64,000 nt of DNA from a virus (lineage: Duplodnaviria; Caudoviricetes): positions 1 through 64,000 of IMG/VR virus record IMGVR_UViG_3300033072_001172; one strand, written 5' to 3'. The translations under genes were made by a program, and so were the position numbers. Below the pieces are notes generated by a model. That model saw only the letters and a program-made list of their open reading frames with translations, did not search any database and was not told where the DNA came from. Of this stretch, positions 34,498 through 45,292 are shown piece after piece. Each line of letters begins with the position of its first letter. Position 1 is the first letter of the stretch.

Positions 34498-37400
34498 ACT
34501 ATCTTGAACGCTTCCAGCAGTACGCCGACAACATCAAGCGCCACACAGAGGCTATTTTCCCGATCGAGTCCCGGCGCAAACGGCTGGAAGTGTCGAATGT
34601 ACGGATCGAGGACGCCAGCGCCGAACGAGCACACAACTGGTCTGACTTTCAAAAGGCCAAGGAAAATGATCGCTCGTTCATGGGGCGCATCGTCGGCGAC
34701 GTCAAGCTGCTGGACAAAGCAACCGGTAACGTCCTGGAACACAAGAAGGGCTACACGCTGAACATGTTCCCGCATGTGACCGCGCTCGGGTCCTATGTGG
34801 TCAACGGGAAAGACCTGCAGGTGGTCAACCAGCTGCGCAGGCGCCCTGGCGCGTACCCGGTGATCACCGCCGACAACAACACCGTCACCAAGGTTACCGC
34901 GGCCGGGCTCAACCACGAAGCGATCCTTGACCGCGAAACCGGCCAGTTGCTGCTCAAGGTCAAGTCGAGCCACCTGAAGCTGGTGCCGCTGCTTCAGGAG
35001 TTGGGCGTCCCGCGTGCCGACCTGGAAAAGCACCTCGGTGCTGAGCTGGTCCAGAACAACCAGCCAAAAACCGGCGCCCGGTCTGAGTTGTTGCGTTTCT
35101 ACCAGCTGAACCGTCGCATTGCGCCGCCGGCCGAAGCCGCCGAACAACGCGACTCCATCATCAAGTACCTGGCGAGCAAGCGTGTTGACCCTGACGTAAC
35201 CCAGGACACGCTGGGCCACCGGCACGACCACGTGTCACCGTTGCTGTATCTGCATTCAGCGAAAGCCGCGGTTGATGTGGCCAAGGGCCACCGGCAACCG
35301 GCGGACATGGAATCCCTGGTGTACAAGTCCGTGCACTCCATTGAGGATTTCGTCGATGATTCGCTCAAAGAGGCCTACCCGCAGATGAAGCGCCGGTTGG
35401 CCTACATGATGGACCGTAAGAAGGATCTGAAGTCCTTCTTGAACGTGAACCAGCTCTCGCGCCCGATCATCAACAAGTTTGTCACGTCGGAGTTCACCCG
35501 TTTCTCGGATCAGTCGAACCCGATGGAGATTCTCGGGACCATGCACACCGTGACCAGCATGGGTGAGGGCGGCATTCAGTCGGAGCACGCGATCACGGAC
35601 GCGCTGCGCAACGTACACAACTCGCATTTTGGTTTCCTGGACCCTGTGCACACACCGGAAGGCCCGGGTATCGGCGTCATCGGCCATTTGGCCATGGGCG
35701 TGCGCAAAGTCGGAAACAAACTTGTGCGGGAAGTTTTCGACACGCACGAGAACAAGCTGGTGACGGCCAGCCCGGTCGAGATTGCCCGCGGAGGGATTGC
35801 GTTCGCGGATCAGTACAAAAAGAACCGCGCCGGTAAGATGGAGCCGATCGCGGCCAAAATCACTGCGATCACTCCGGATGGCAAGATCGATCAGGTGCAC
35901 CACTCGAAGATCCGGTACGTATTGCCCAACGCCACGGATGCCTTTTCGCTGATCACTAACGCCATTCCGTTCCTGCACGCCAACAGCGCTAACCGCATGT
36001 TGATGGCCGACCGTCACATGGAGCAGTCGGTGCCGCTCACCGAGCGTGAGGCGCCGCTGGTCCAGGCTGAACTGCACGGAACCGGCTACGACCAGCTGAT
36101 GGGGACAATCGCCGGTAAAGCTGCTGATGGACCGGGGCGGGTCAAGTCTGTGCGTGACGACCATCTTCAGGTCGTCTACGACAAAGACCCGAAGACCGTC
36201 CACAAGATTTTTTACTCTGACGCGTATCCGCTGAACGCCGGCACCGTGCTCAAGATGACGCCCGCCGTCAAACAGGGACAACGCCTGAAGAAGGGCATGA
36301 CCCTGCTGGACACCAACTTCACCAAGGATGGCGCCCTGGCGTTGGGGCGTCCGTTGGTGACGGCGCTGATGCCCTGGCGCGGTTACAGCTTTGAGGACGG
36401 TATCGTCATCAGCGAGGCGGCCGCACACAAGCTGGCCAGTGAACACCTCACAGAGCACAAGGCCGAAAAAGAGCCTGGTGTGCATGTCGGGTTCGACAAG
36501 TTGTACGCGGCGTACCCGGCGGAGCGCGAGAAGAGCACCACTCACCGGATGCCGAAAGTCGGTGACGTGGTCAAGCCCGGTCAGTTGCTCATTCCGGTTC
36601 TGCGGGAGGTCGGCATCAATCCGGACACGGACTATGCCAAGGTGCACAAGGCACTTCGGCAGCCGTACATGAACGCGTCCGTTTACTGGGATGGCGGGAC
36701 AGACGGCGTAGTCAAAAAGGTCATTCAGAACGCCGGCGTCGTCAAGGTGTACGTGGAGTCCAAAGAGCCCCTGGTGGTCGGTGACAAGCTCAGCAGTCGC
36801 GCCGGATCCAAGGGCATCGTCACGCACATCATACCGATGGACCAGATGCCACGTACCAAAGACGGGCAGCCCATCGACGTGCTGTTCAACCCCTACGGCG
36901 TGCCCGGGCGCGTGAATCCGACGTTTCTCTTTGAGAACGCAGCCAGCAAGATTGCGCGCAAGACCGGCAAGCCTTATCTGTTTCCGGCGTTCGACACCAC
37001 GAACAGTGTTGCAGAACGCCTGCAGAAAGATCTCAAGCAGCACGGTCTCTCCGACACGGAGACTGTGGTTGACCCGACGCATAACGAAGAGCACAAGAAC
37101 GTCATGGTCGGGGAGAACTACTGGCTGAAACTCCGTCATCAAGTGAAGAAGAAATGGGCGGCGCGCTCGCATGAAGGGCCGTACACCGTGGACGAGCGTC
37201 CTGTCCGTGGCGGCCACGAATCCGCCCAGGGCATCGGCCCTCTGGATCTCTACGCCTTGTTGTCCAACGGCTACACCAACTTCCTGCACGATGTGTCGGG
37301 CATAAAATCCACGAAGAACACAGACTACTGGGCCGCTTTCCAGCTTGGAGTGCCCACACCGCCGCCGAAGCGGCCGTTCATCCTGGACAAGTTCGAAACG

Positions 37401-40400
37401 TACCTGCAGGGTGCCGGTATCAACGTGCAACGGCAAGGCGACACGTTGAAGGCAAGTCCGTTTACGGACAAGGATATCAAGCAGCGCTCTAACGGTGCGA
37501 TCACGGCGCCGCAAGTGTTCCGTGTCGGTAAGTCCGGGCTGCTGCCTGAACGTGGCGGCTTGTTTGACCCGGAAACAACGGGCGGTCATGGCGGCACACA
37601 CTGGAACCACATTGAGCTGGCGGAACGCGTGCTGAACCCGTTGTACGAACAACCGGTGAAAGCCATTACAGGCATGGCCATGAAGGATCTTGAGGCCATT
37701 CTGGAAGGCCGGAAGCTCGTCGACAACAGGACGGGCGGCGAAGCTATTGCGCACATACTCGGCAAGATCGATGTCAAACAGGAGTTGAAGGACACCAGCG
37801 CCGCCCTGAAGGATGCGCCGGCGTCCAAGCGCGACGGCATGTTGCGAAAACTGCGGTACCTGGCTGCTCTGGATAAACTGGGGATGTCGCCGGTTGAGGC
37901 CTACACCAACAAGACGATTCCTGTGATCCCGGCAAAGTACCGGCCGGTGTACGATCTCCCCGACGGCTCGCTCAACGTCAGCGACGTCAACCACGGGTAT
38001 CGTGAAGTTCTCATGATCAACCGTGAGCTGGAAAAGCTCAAGCAGCAGGGCGTGTCCCACGAGCACCTGGCCGGTCTGCGCGAGGGTCTCTACAAGGCGT
38101 ACTCAGGCCTTGTCGGCCTGACTGAGCCCGTGACCCGTTCCGGACACTTCAAAGGATTCATCAGCCAGATCGCCGGTAATCAGAACAAACACGGCCTGTA
38201 CCAGGCCAAGGTTGTCATGCGCCGCCAGGATCTTTCCGGGCGGTCAGCCATCATCAACGGGCCGCATCTCGGCATGGACGAGGTCGGCATTCCGGAGCGC
38301 ATGGCGCGTGACCTGTACAAACCGTATCTGGTGCGGTCCCTGGTAAACCTGGCCGGTCTCAAGCCGGCGGACGCACGCAAAGAAGTCGAGACAGGGTCGG
38401 CGCGAGTGAACTCGTTGCTGGACTCGGAGATGAAACAGCGACCCGTGCTGCTGAACCGTGCACCGGCCCTGCACAAGTTTTCCGAAGTAGCGCTCATTCC
38501 GCATCGCGTGCCCGGTGACGCCATTCATCTGAATCCACTGGTGTTCGGTGGCCTCAACGCCGATGTGGACGGCGACGCGTGCTTCAATTACACGTTTCTA
38601 GCCGTACCACCGTACTTGACTAAACACGAATCTCTTGCAGAATGGGTCCTTCATCATCAGGTGGAAGGGCCTATGGCGGCAAGAATTCGAGAGTCAGTAG
38701 CCTACCTTGACAAAAACGACACCTTGGTCGTCTGTGACCTTGAGGACTTCCCACGCAGCGAGATTGTGGGCCGCAAGGATCACCGCACTTTCTTCTCGGT
38801 GCCACCAGGCATCCGGGCGATCGCAATCGACGAGAAGACCGGTACGATGGTCGCCGCCCCGGTTCAATACTGGTCACGCCACGAAAACATCCAGGTTGAG
38901 ATCGTTACCCTGACCAGTGGCAAACAGATCATCAGCGACGATGATGAACGTGCCGTTTACGGGGTTGACTCTTCGTCGCTTCAATGGTGCCGTCGCAGAC
39001 CGACTGAGGCCAAGAACCAGCTTGTTCCGGTACTGAGCAATTTGCCTGTCGATCGCTCAGTGGTTATGGCCGTGAACTGGCGGGACCAGACCGAAGGCCG
39101 AAAGCTGGACCTGAGCACGAAGCTGGAGTTGACGAGCAAGGCTGGTTACTTTGTCGGTGCGCACATCGGCGATGGATGGGCTACGAGTAGCAGACCGAAC
39201 GGCACCCCAAACCAAGTACATCTCGCTTCTATCTACCCTGAAGTCACGGAAGCTTGGGTAGCTGCTGCGGCGACACTGTTCGTTGACGGTGAGCGCCCTC
39301 ACATGCATTCCGTCGATGTTTACGGCGGCAAGCTTGGTAGCAATCCTGATGGGGCAACGACACGACACACGATCAGCCATACTGGTTTGGCCTCGAAGAT
39401 GCGTGTACTTGTCGGCCATGGTGCCGCCAACAAGCATCTTCCGCCGTTCTTCTTCCGGGCTCCGGACGAGTTCCTGCTTGGCATGTTGGCCGGGCTGTGG
39501 GACACCGACGGCACTGCGTACTGGAGCAACAGCAAGAAGAAGCCGCAGTTCGCGTTCACCTACCAGTCGAATAGCTTGCGGCTGGTCAGAGAAATCAAAA
39601 TCGTGATGCTCCTGCTGGGAGTAGAGACACACATCGTTGCGACGAAAACACCAAAGGGGGAACCCACTTGGGTTCTTCAGACGTCCCTTCCGTCTCTGCA
39701 CAAGGCGGGGCTGGATCTGCCACTGAAGCACCAGGCCAAGTTGCGGGCTTTCCGTGAGTTCATGGACGGACCGGCCCCCGCGACCAAGAACAGCTACAGT
39801 CAAAAACGCCTCGTTCCGTTGCCGCAGGCATTGTCCGAAGAACTGGCCAAGTTCTTTTCAAACGGCAGCCGCGGGCAGAAAATGGCCAGCGAGTACGTCG
39901 TATTGCGGCGTGATGGTAAGCGCGGGCACATGACCAAAGAAACTGCCCGCAAGGTTATCGAGGTGGTGGGGGACCGTTGCAACCACCCTCTCTACCCACG
40001 CTGGCGCGAGCTGGTTGAGGCCGAGCATTATCACTTTGAGGCAGTTACCAAGGTCGAGGTAACGGACATTCCGGAAACGGGCTACGATCTTACGGTGCCC
40101 GGCCACGAAACTTTCCTGTCACTCGATGGTGTCGTGCTCTCGAATACCGTCGGTGTTCACATACCGCACTCGGAACTGGCGCGCGAGGAGTTGTTGAAGA
40201 ATCTGCCGAGCCGCAACATCATGTCGCCGAAATCGGGCGACGTGCAGCACAGCGTCGGCAAAGAGGCCACGCTCGGGCTGTACATGATGACCACGCCGCA
40301 TCGCAATCAGGAAACAGTCTCGGTCAAGAGTCCGGGCGAGGCCGTTGAGAAATACCAGCAGAAAAAGATTCAGCTCAACACTCCGCTGCATGTCGCGGGG

Positions 40401-42056
40401 CGTGACGGTACCTGGACGGTCGGGCACTTCCTGCTCAACGCGGAGCTTCCCGAACAGTACAAGCTGAAGAAGCCGATGGCGGTCGGAGGCAAGCAGTATA
40501 AATCGCTGATCAACAGCCTGGTGGCGTCGCACCCGGACCAGGCCGGCCGCGTCATTTCGCGCATGAAGGACCTCGGGTTCGATGCCGTGACCCGCCTGGG
40601 TTTCTCTGTGAATCTGAAAAGCCTGACTGAGAACAACGCGGAGCGCGACCGCGTCGCCAAAGAAGTCGAGCAGATCATGAAGACGGATCCCGAGGGCGCG
40701 GTGCGTCACGCCGAGAAGCGCCTGGAGGAGATCCTGGACAAGCACGTAACTGAGGAGAATCCGTTCGCGCTCATGTCGTACAAATCCGGAGCGTCGAACA
40801 AACACCGAATCAATGTCCGTCAGCTGATCCTGGCTCCGGGCGGTGTCACCGACCTGAAGGGCCGCATCGTGCCCATTCCGCTGATGCGCTCGTACGCTGA
40901 CGGTCTCACGCTGCCGCAGTATTGGGCGACCATGCCCGGCGCCCGCAAAGGCATCGCGGACCGTGCCGTGTCCACCCAGGATACCGGCGCGTTCAACAAG
41001 GAACTGGTCAACACCACAATCGGAGTGCGTGTGACCGACAAGGACTGCGGCACCAAACACGGTATTTCGCTGCCCGCCGACCACCCGGATTTGCCCGGGC
41101 GCTGGATCGCTTCGGGCGCGCATGCCGGACAGTTGATCACGTCGGATCTTGCTGTGCAGCTGCGGAAAGAAGGTAAGCCGGTCATGGTGCGGTCTCCCAT
41201 GACGTGTGCGCTCGTGGAGGGAGTGTGCCAGCACTGTGCCGGCCTCAATGAGGCGAGTCGTCCGCACCCGATCGGTTTTCACATCGGCGCCTATGCCGGA
41301 ACAACCATCACAGAACCGATCACGCAGATGGTGTTGCGCGCGTTCCACAGTCAGGGCGCGGTTGGCGCCGGCGAAGTCGGTTACAAGCGCATCCGTCAGA
41401 TTTTCACAATGCCGCAGAACATTCGCGGCAAGGCCACACTGGCCAAAGACACCGGTCAGGTGTCCGAAGTAATCACGACGGACCGCGGCGGCTGGGATGT
41501 CGTGGTCAACGGGATAAAGCACTTTGTTCCTAACGAACTTGGCCTGGCAGTTAAGGTCGGCGATCACGTCAAGCAGGGCGATCAGCTGTCCAACCACGGT
41601 GTGCTGAAGATCCAGGAGGTCGCGGAGTTGCGCGGGCATGAAGCCGCACGCGACCAGTTGATCAAGGACCTGGACTCGGAGATGAGCGCGGCCGGCCAGA
41701 ACATTCGACGTCGCATCTATGAAGTGGCCATGCGCCCGCTGATCAACCGTGTAGAAGTGCTTGACCCGGGTGACGCGGCGCGGCAAGGTGTTGTGGCCGG
41801 CGACGTGCTGAACGTAAACTACGTCAAGCAGTTGAACGAGAAACTGAAGACGCCGATCGAGTTCAAGCCCATCGTGATGTCGATCAAGGATGTTCCGTTC
41901 GTCGGGGAGGACTTCGTCGGCCCGTTGATGTACCAGCGGCTGCCGCGCACGTTGAGGGAGGCGCCGGCCGTTGGCGGAGTAACACACCTCAAGGGCGAAA
42001 AGGCTCACCCGATTGTTGAGTACGCCTGGGGTAACCTAGGCGACCAGAAGAAATGA
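34494..42056 (+). CDS. fused beta-beta' DNA-directed RNA polymerase (intein-containing)
   Basis: beta: HNSHFGFLDPVHTPEG, ANRMLM, GYSFEDG, GDKLSSRAGSKG; beta': GGLFD, DLSGRSAI, LNRAPALH, NADVDGD, GARKG, EPITQMVLRAFH. Confidence 0.95.
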   Translation: MNYLERFQQYADNIKRHTEAIFPIESRRKRLEVSNVRIEDASAERAHNWSDFQKAKENDRSFMGRIVGDVKLLDKATGNVLEHKKGYTLNMFPHVTALGSYVVNGKDLQVVNQLRRRPGAYPVITADNNTVTKVTAAGLNHEAILDRETGQLLLKVKSSHLKLVPLLQELGVPRADLEKHLGAELVQNNQPKTGARSELLRFYQLNRRIAPPAEAAEQRDSIIKYLASKRVDPDVTQDTLGHRHDHVSPLLYLHSAKAAVDVAKGHRQPADMESLVYKSVHSIEDFVDDSLKEAYPQMKRRLAYMMDRKKDLKSFLNVNQLSRPIINKFVTSEFTRFSDQSNPMEILGTMHTVTSMGEGGIQSEHAITDALRNVHNSHFGFLDPVHTPEGPGIGVIGHLAMGVRKVGNKLVREVFDTHENKLVTASPVEIARGGIAFADQYKKNRAGKMEPIAAKITAITPDGKIDQVHHSKIRYVLPNATDAFSLITNAIPFLHANSANRMLMADRHMEQSVPLTEREAPLVQAELHGTGYDQLMGTIAGKAADGPGRVKSVRDDHLQVVYDKDPKTVHKIFYSDAYPLNAGTVLKMTPAVKQGQRLKKGMTLLDTNFTKDGALALGRPLVTALMPWRGYSFEDGIVISEAAAHKLASEHLTEHKAEKEPGVHVGFDKLYAAYPAEREKSTTHRMPKVGDVVKPGQLLIPVLREVGINPDTDYAKVHKALRQPYMNASVYWDGGTDGVVKKVIQNAGVVKVYVESKEPLVVGDKLSSRAGSKGIVTHIIPMDQMPRTKDGQPIDVLFNPYGVPGRVNPTFLFENAASKIARKTGKPYLFPAFDTTNSVAERLQKDLKQHGLSDTETVVDPTHNEEHKNVMVGENYWLKLRHQVKKKWAARSHEGPYTVDERPVRGGHESAQGIGPLDLYALLSNGYTNFLHDVSGIKSTKNTDYWAAFQLGVPTPPPKRPFILDKFETYLQGAGINVQRQGDTLKASPFTDKDIKQRSNGAITAPQVFRVGKSGLLPERGGLFDPETTGGHGGTHWNHIELAERVLNPLYEQPVKAITGMAMKDLEAILEGRKLVDNRTGGEAIAHILGKIDVKQELKDTSAALKDAPASKRDGMLRKLRYLAALDKLGMSPVEAYTNKTIPVIPAKYRPVYDLPDGSLNVSDVNHGYREVLMINRELEKLKQQGVSHEHLAGLREGLYKAYSGLVGLTEPVTRSGHFKGFISQIAGNQNKHGLYQAKVVMRRQDLSGRSAIINGPHLGMDEVGIPERMARDLYKPYLVRSLVNLAGLKPADARKEVETGSARVNSLLDSEMKQRPVLLNRAPALHKFSEVALIPHRVPGDAIHLNPLVFGGLNADVDGDACFNYTFLAVPPYLTKHESLAEWVLHHQVEGPMAARIRESVAYLDKNDTLVVCDLEDFPRSEIVGRKDHRTFFSVPPGIRAIAIDEKTGTMVAAPVQYWSRHENIQVEIVTLTSGKQIISDDDERAVYGVDSSSLQWCRRRPTEAKNQLVPVLSNLPVDRSVVMAVNWRDQTEGRKLDLSTKLELTSKAGYFVGAHIGDGWATSSRPNGTPNQVHLASIYPEVTEAWVAAAATLFVDGERPHMHSVDVYGGKLGSNPDGATTRHTISHTGLASKMRVLVGHGAANKHLPPFFFRAPDEFLLGMLAGLWDTDGTAYWSNSKKKPQFAFTYQSNSLRLVREIKIVMLLLGVETHIVATKTPKGEPTWVLQTSLPSLHKAGLDLPLKHQAKLRAFREFMDGPAPATKNSYSQKRLVPLPQALSEELAKFFSNGSRGQKMASEYVVLRRDGKRGHMTKETARKVIEVVGDRCNHPLYPRWRELVEAEHYHFEAVTKVEVTDIPETGYDLTVPGHETFLSLDGVVLSNTVGVHIPHSELAREELLKNLPSRNIMSPKSGDVQHSVGKEATLGLYMMTTPHRNQETVSVKSPGEAVEKYQQKKIQLNTPLHVAGRDGTWTVGHFLLNAELPEQYKLKKPMAVGGKQYKSLINSLVASHPDQAGRVISRMKDLGFDAVTRLGFSVNLKSLTENNAERDRVAKEVEQIMKTDPEGAVRHAEKRLEEILDKHVTEENPFALMSYKSGASNKHRINVRQLILAPGGVTDLKGRIVPIPLMRSYADGLTLPQYWATMPGARKGIADRAVSTQDTGAFNKELVNTTIGVRVTDKDCGTKHGISLPADHPDLPGRWIASGAHAGQLITSDLAVQLRKEGKPVMVRSPMTCALVEGVCQHCAGLNEASRPHPIGFHIGAYAGTTITEPITQMVLRAFHSQGAVGAGEVGYKRIRQIFTMPQNIRGKATLAKDTGQVSEVITTDRGGWDVVVNGIKHFVPNELGLAVKVGDHVKQGDQLSNHGVLKIQEVAELRGHEAARDQLIKDLDSEMSAAGQNIRRRIYEVAMRPLINRVEVLDPGDAARQGVVAGDVLNVNYVKQLNEKLKTPIEFKPIVMSIKDVPFVGEDFVGPLMYQRLPRTLREAPAVGGVTHLKGEKAHPIVEYAWGNLGDQKK
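38577..40145 (+). mobile_element. intein with LAGLIDADG homing endonuclease in RNAP (about 523 aa)
   Basis: Interrupts NADVDGD|TVGVHIP; VGAHIGDG and LAGLWDTDG; ends GYDLTV...LSN/T. Confidence 0.88.
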
Positions 42057-43189
42057 AAGACACCGTAAACAAGAACGTTTCCCGCGCCGACGGACACTTC
42101 GTCGGCTTCGTTCTTGCGTACGATGTTGACCGGCAAACGTATCGTGTACGCCTCACCGACAGCAATCGGCAACCTGTTCAGTGTCCGGCGCTGGACACCG
42201 GTGCCGACAGTCCGTACGCCGTCGGTGACCGTGTCGCTGTGCATCACTACCATGACTACGGTTTTGTGGTGGTTGGGCGCCTGCCCGTGCCGCTGTCTCA
42301 GCTGCCGTTAACACCACAAGAACCGAACGACACCACGCCCGTCTCCATAAAATCAGGTGATGCCCTGTCCTACCGGGACGTCCTGGACAAGGAAGCCTCC
42401 CTGTACGCCGAGGCCGGCGACATGTCTGTGCGGCGCGGGGCGTCCAGATTCTTCCTCAGCAAGACTGGTGCTCTGCTGATGCAGGTCGCGGTGACGTGCT
42501 CACGTTACATGTCCAAAACGCTGTCGACGATCAAGGACATCTGCTACACCTACATCTTGTCGCAACCTGGTGTCACCGCGGTCAGCCGTGTGGATATGGA
42601 CCAGACAAGCCCCTCCGTGGGGCAGCCCCAGATGTCGCTGGAAGTCGTGCCGAAGGATACCGCCAACACGATTACTGGACGTCTTGGCGGCGGTGTGCTT
42701 GACAGCGGCGACGACGGGCTATCATTGGCGATGGGCCAGCTGGTCAAGCTGATGCTCAAGTTGACTAAGGCAAACCCGCTGCTTGAGTACACGCACGGCG
42801 ATGGGCGAACCAAGGTGCAAATTGATCTTCAGCAGTTCTTGCTGCAGTTCGGCCAGGCCCAGTTCGTGTGGAATGCCACCGGGCTGACCATCACCCAGGG
42901 AGCATCCCGCCTGGCGCTTACTGCCGCCGACATCCTTGAGATTGTGTCTTCAGGCCTTACCATTTTGCTGAGTGGTAATGTGGACGTGCAGGCCGCGGGG
43001 TTGAATGTGAACGCGCCAGCGGTGTTCGTGACCCCTGTGAAGATTCAGGGATTTGACGCGTTGACCGTATACAACACGTTGAACTCACTGATTCTGGCTT
43101 TCAACGCCCACATCCATCAGGTGGGTCCGATCCCGTCAAGTCCGCCGGCTGGCGCCGGTGCTGTGCTGCCGGTGATACCGACCCCGTAA
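42053..43189 (+). CDS. baseplate central spike (gpV/gp5-like)
   Basis: N-terminal OB-fold-like (VGDRVAV...VVGRL), beta repeats, C-terminal FNAHIH apex. Confidence 0.7.
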   Translation: MKDTVNKNVSRADGHFVGFVLAYDVDRQTYRVRLTDSNRQPVQCPALDTGADSPYAVGDRVAVHHYHDYGFVVVGRLPVPLSQLPLTPQEPNDTTPVSIKSGDALSYRDVLDKEASLYAEAGDMSVRRGASRFFLSKTGALLMQVAVTCSRYMSKTLSTIKDICYTYILSQPGVTAVSRVDMDQTSPSVGQPQMSLEVVPKDTANTITGRLGGGVLDSGDDGLSLAMGQLVKLMLKLTKANPLLEYTHGDGRTKVQIDLQQFLLQFGQAQFVWNATGLTITQGASRLALTAADILEIVSSGLTILLSGNVDVQAAGLNVNAPAVFVTPVKIQGFDALTVYNTLNSLILAFNAHIHQVGPIPSSPPAGAGAVLPVIPTP

Positions 43190-43202
43190 CGAGGATTGAC
43201 CC

Positions 43203-45290
43203 ATGGCGTCATCGACGTTCTACGCGAAACGGCCCGCCCCCCAAACGTACACCACGAAGGTGGCCGACGTGCGCCTGCCGTACGATGGCACGAAATGGCA
43301 GGAGGAGATCATCGGTGCGCTGCACGAACAGCACCCGTACCTGCCGAACACACAACTGCAGCTGTCGATGAACGTTCGCAACGTCAAGCAGGGCTACGCG
43401 ATCGGCAACCTCAACGTGTCCGACCGGGTTCGGATTCCGGTGATTATCGATCAGTTCCTGCTGAAGCCGTTCGACATGTTTCTCAAGGACGGCCAGTTGC
43501 ATCCGCTGAACAAGAGCACGCTTCTGGCCGCGTTGGAGGCTCGCAATTTCGGGACGGCAACACCCCCTGGTCAAGGTGAGTCGTCGGACGTGTTTCTCAC
43601 GAACTCTCGCCCGCCGTATGACGGCAAGTACACGTTCGCTTCTGCCCAGGACAAACATGCTTTTTTGGGCATGTTCAACAAGCGGAAAGACCAGGCGGGA
43701 GCGGGCGGCCGCGACCCTTTCCATGTTGATATCAAACAGCTCGCCGCCACAGACCACGGCATGGACGACCGGCTTGTCCAGAAGTTGCTCAGTTCACCTG
43801 GTGGGCGTATTTACTTGCAGATGATGCTGAGCGGTCAGGTTTCGCCGCCAAAGAAAGAGAAGGCGCACGGCAAGCTGGGAGCCTGGACCGAAGGCAAGCC
43901 GGAAGAAGTTGAGAAGGCGCTGACGAACGTGTTCGGCGCTGACGGTGCCGAATACTACATGGCGGGCGACCCCGCGGTGAAGGAAGTACTGGAGAACGCC
44001 AGAAAGGGTGACTTCTCCAAGATGAAGCACCACGGCTCCGTGCGCAAAATGCTTGAAACCAACGCGCAGCGCAAGATCGCCATGGTCAAGCAGTCTGCTG
44101 TGCATTTGCCGGATCAGCCGACTGACGAGCTGGTTGCCGGCACCGTCAAGGTCGCCAACGCGGGCGGCGCGCTGGTCGGTGGTCTGTTGTTCGACCGTGT
44201 GTACGACCTGGCGTTCGGTACGCGCAACGACGCCCTGTTCTTTGTCGAACCGGACGTTGGCTTCGACAACAACCGCGTGTTCTACGGGCAACAGTCAATC
44301 AAACAGGCGGAGCTCAAGGAGTTCAGGAAGAACTTCCAGAACATCGAACCGAACGTCGGGGACACCGGTGTCTGGTTCTGGTTCGAGGGGGACAAGCTGG
44401 CCTGTACCTCGGTGGCGCGAATCGTCGACCGCCAGCAGCACAGCCAGACCTATTTCGTGCGTGGCGGTGGCTCCGTCAAGCTGAGCCACTCAGTGGTCAC
44501 CAAAAACGACCTGGTGGCCGCCGGCGCCCCGGAAGGCGACACGCTGGTGGTGCCTGGCACCGCTCTCTGGTTGCCGGTCCCCCAGAAGCGTGCCATGTAC
44601 GGGCGCCCGGCCACGAATTTCACCCGGGATTACCTGCTGGTGCAGGAGGCACACGGCAATGTCAAAGTGTCCGTGTACCAGAACAACATGCGGCATGTCA
44701 TGCACGACGCCATGCTGCCCTCGCAGGCCGAAAAGTGGCTCCACAACTATTACGAGCCGGAGTCAGTTCAGACGATCATGACGGCCGCGCGCAACAACGG
44801 CACCGTCAAGATCGCGGCGCACCCCGGCATGTTCGTCACGGAGACCAAGACGGCCACGATCGACCTGGACACGATGCTGACTCGCATCCGTGAACAGGCC
44901 AAAGTCGCCGCGGACGCCTTGTTCGTGGTGAAGGACGCTGACTTCGGTCCTCTGACCAACTACGACACGACGGCGCTCGGCAAGGTGGACCCGATGGCGG
45001 CAGCGATCGTCAAAGCCGCGACCGACATCGAAGACGACGAGCGCGCCCGCAGTGTTGACAACGTGCTGGGCTTGAACATCATCAACGACCAGAACATCCA
45101 GAGATTCCTTGACGGCATCGACGGCCTGGACCGGTGCAAACAGTTCTGCATGAAATTGTTGCTGGCGGCGCGACTTGGTCTTAACATCGACGCGAACGCG
45201 GCACGCACGGCTGCCTTCGCCCTGGAGTCGATCATTCAGGATCTGGAGCAGCTGCGGCACGCAACCATGTCGGCCTCTGACGGTGAGTAG
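43203..45290 (+). CDS. large putative head/virion protein
   Basis: 695 aa, many KxA motifs. Confidence 0.7.
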   Translation: MASSTFYAKRPAPQTYTTKVADVRLPYDGTKWQEEIIGALHEQHPYLPNTQLQLSMNVRNVKQGYAIGNLNVSDRVRIPVIIDQFLLKPFDMFLKDGQLHPLNKSTLLAALEARNFGTATPPGQGESSDVFLTNSRPPYDGKYTFASAQDKHAFLGMFNKRKDQAGAGGRDPFHVDIKQLAATDHGMDDRLVQKLLSSPGGRIYLQMMLSGQVSPPKKEKAHGKLGAWTEGKPEEVEKALTNVFGADGAEYYMAGDPAVKEVLENARKGDFSKMKHHGSVRKMLETNAQRKIAMVKQSAVHLPDQPTDELVAGTVKVANAGGALVGGLLFDRVYDLAFGTRNDALFFVEPDVGFDNNRVFYGQQSIKQAELKEFRKNFQNIEPNVGDTGVWFWFEGDKLACTSVARIVDRQQHSQTYFVRGGGSVKLSHSVVTKNDLVAAGAPEGDTLVVPGTALWLPVPQKRAMYGRPATNFTRDYLLVQEAHGNVKVSVYQNNMRHVMHDAMLPSQAEKWLHNYYEPESVQTIMTAARNNGTVKIAAHPGMFVTETKTATIDLDTMLTRIREQAKVAADALFVVKDADFGPLTNYDTTALGKVDPMAAAIVKAATDIEDDERARSVDNVLGLNIINDQNIQRFLDGIDGLDRCKQFCMKLLLAARLGLNIDANAARTAAFALESIIQDLEQLRHATMSASDGE

Positions 45291-45292
45291 CC

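Noticed and set aside
35256-38066. 936-aa and other long antisense ORFs (40119-42008, 58073-59722)
   Set aside because: Shadow frames of high-GC3 genes with clear motifs on the plus strand
38616-38675. Internal promoter and start for the intein endonuclease (TTGACT...CAGAAT, GGAAGG-ATG)
   Set aside because: Weak -10 and 16-nt spacing; cannot be distinguished from chance
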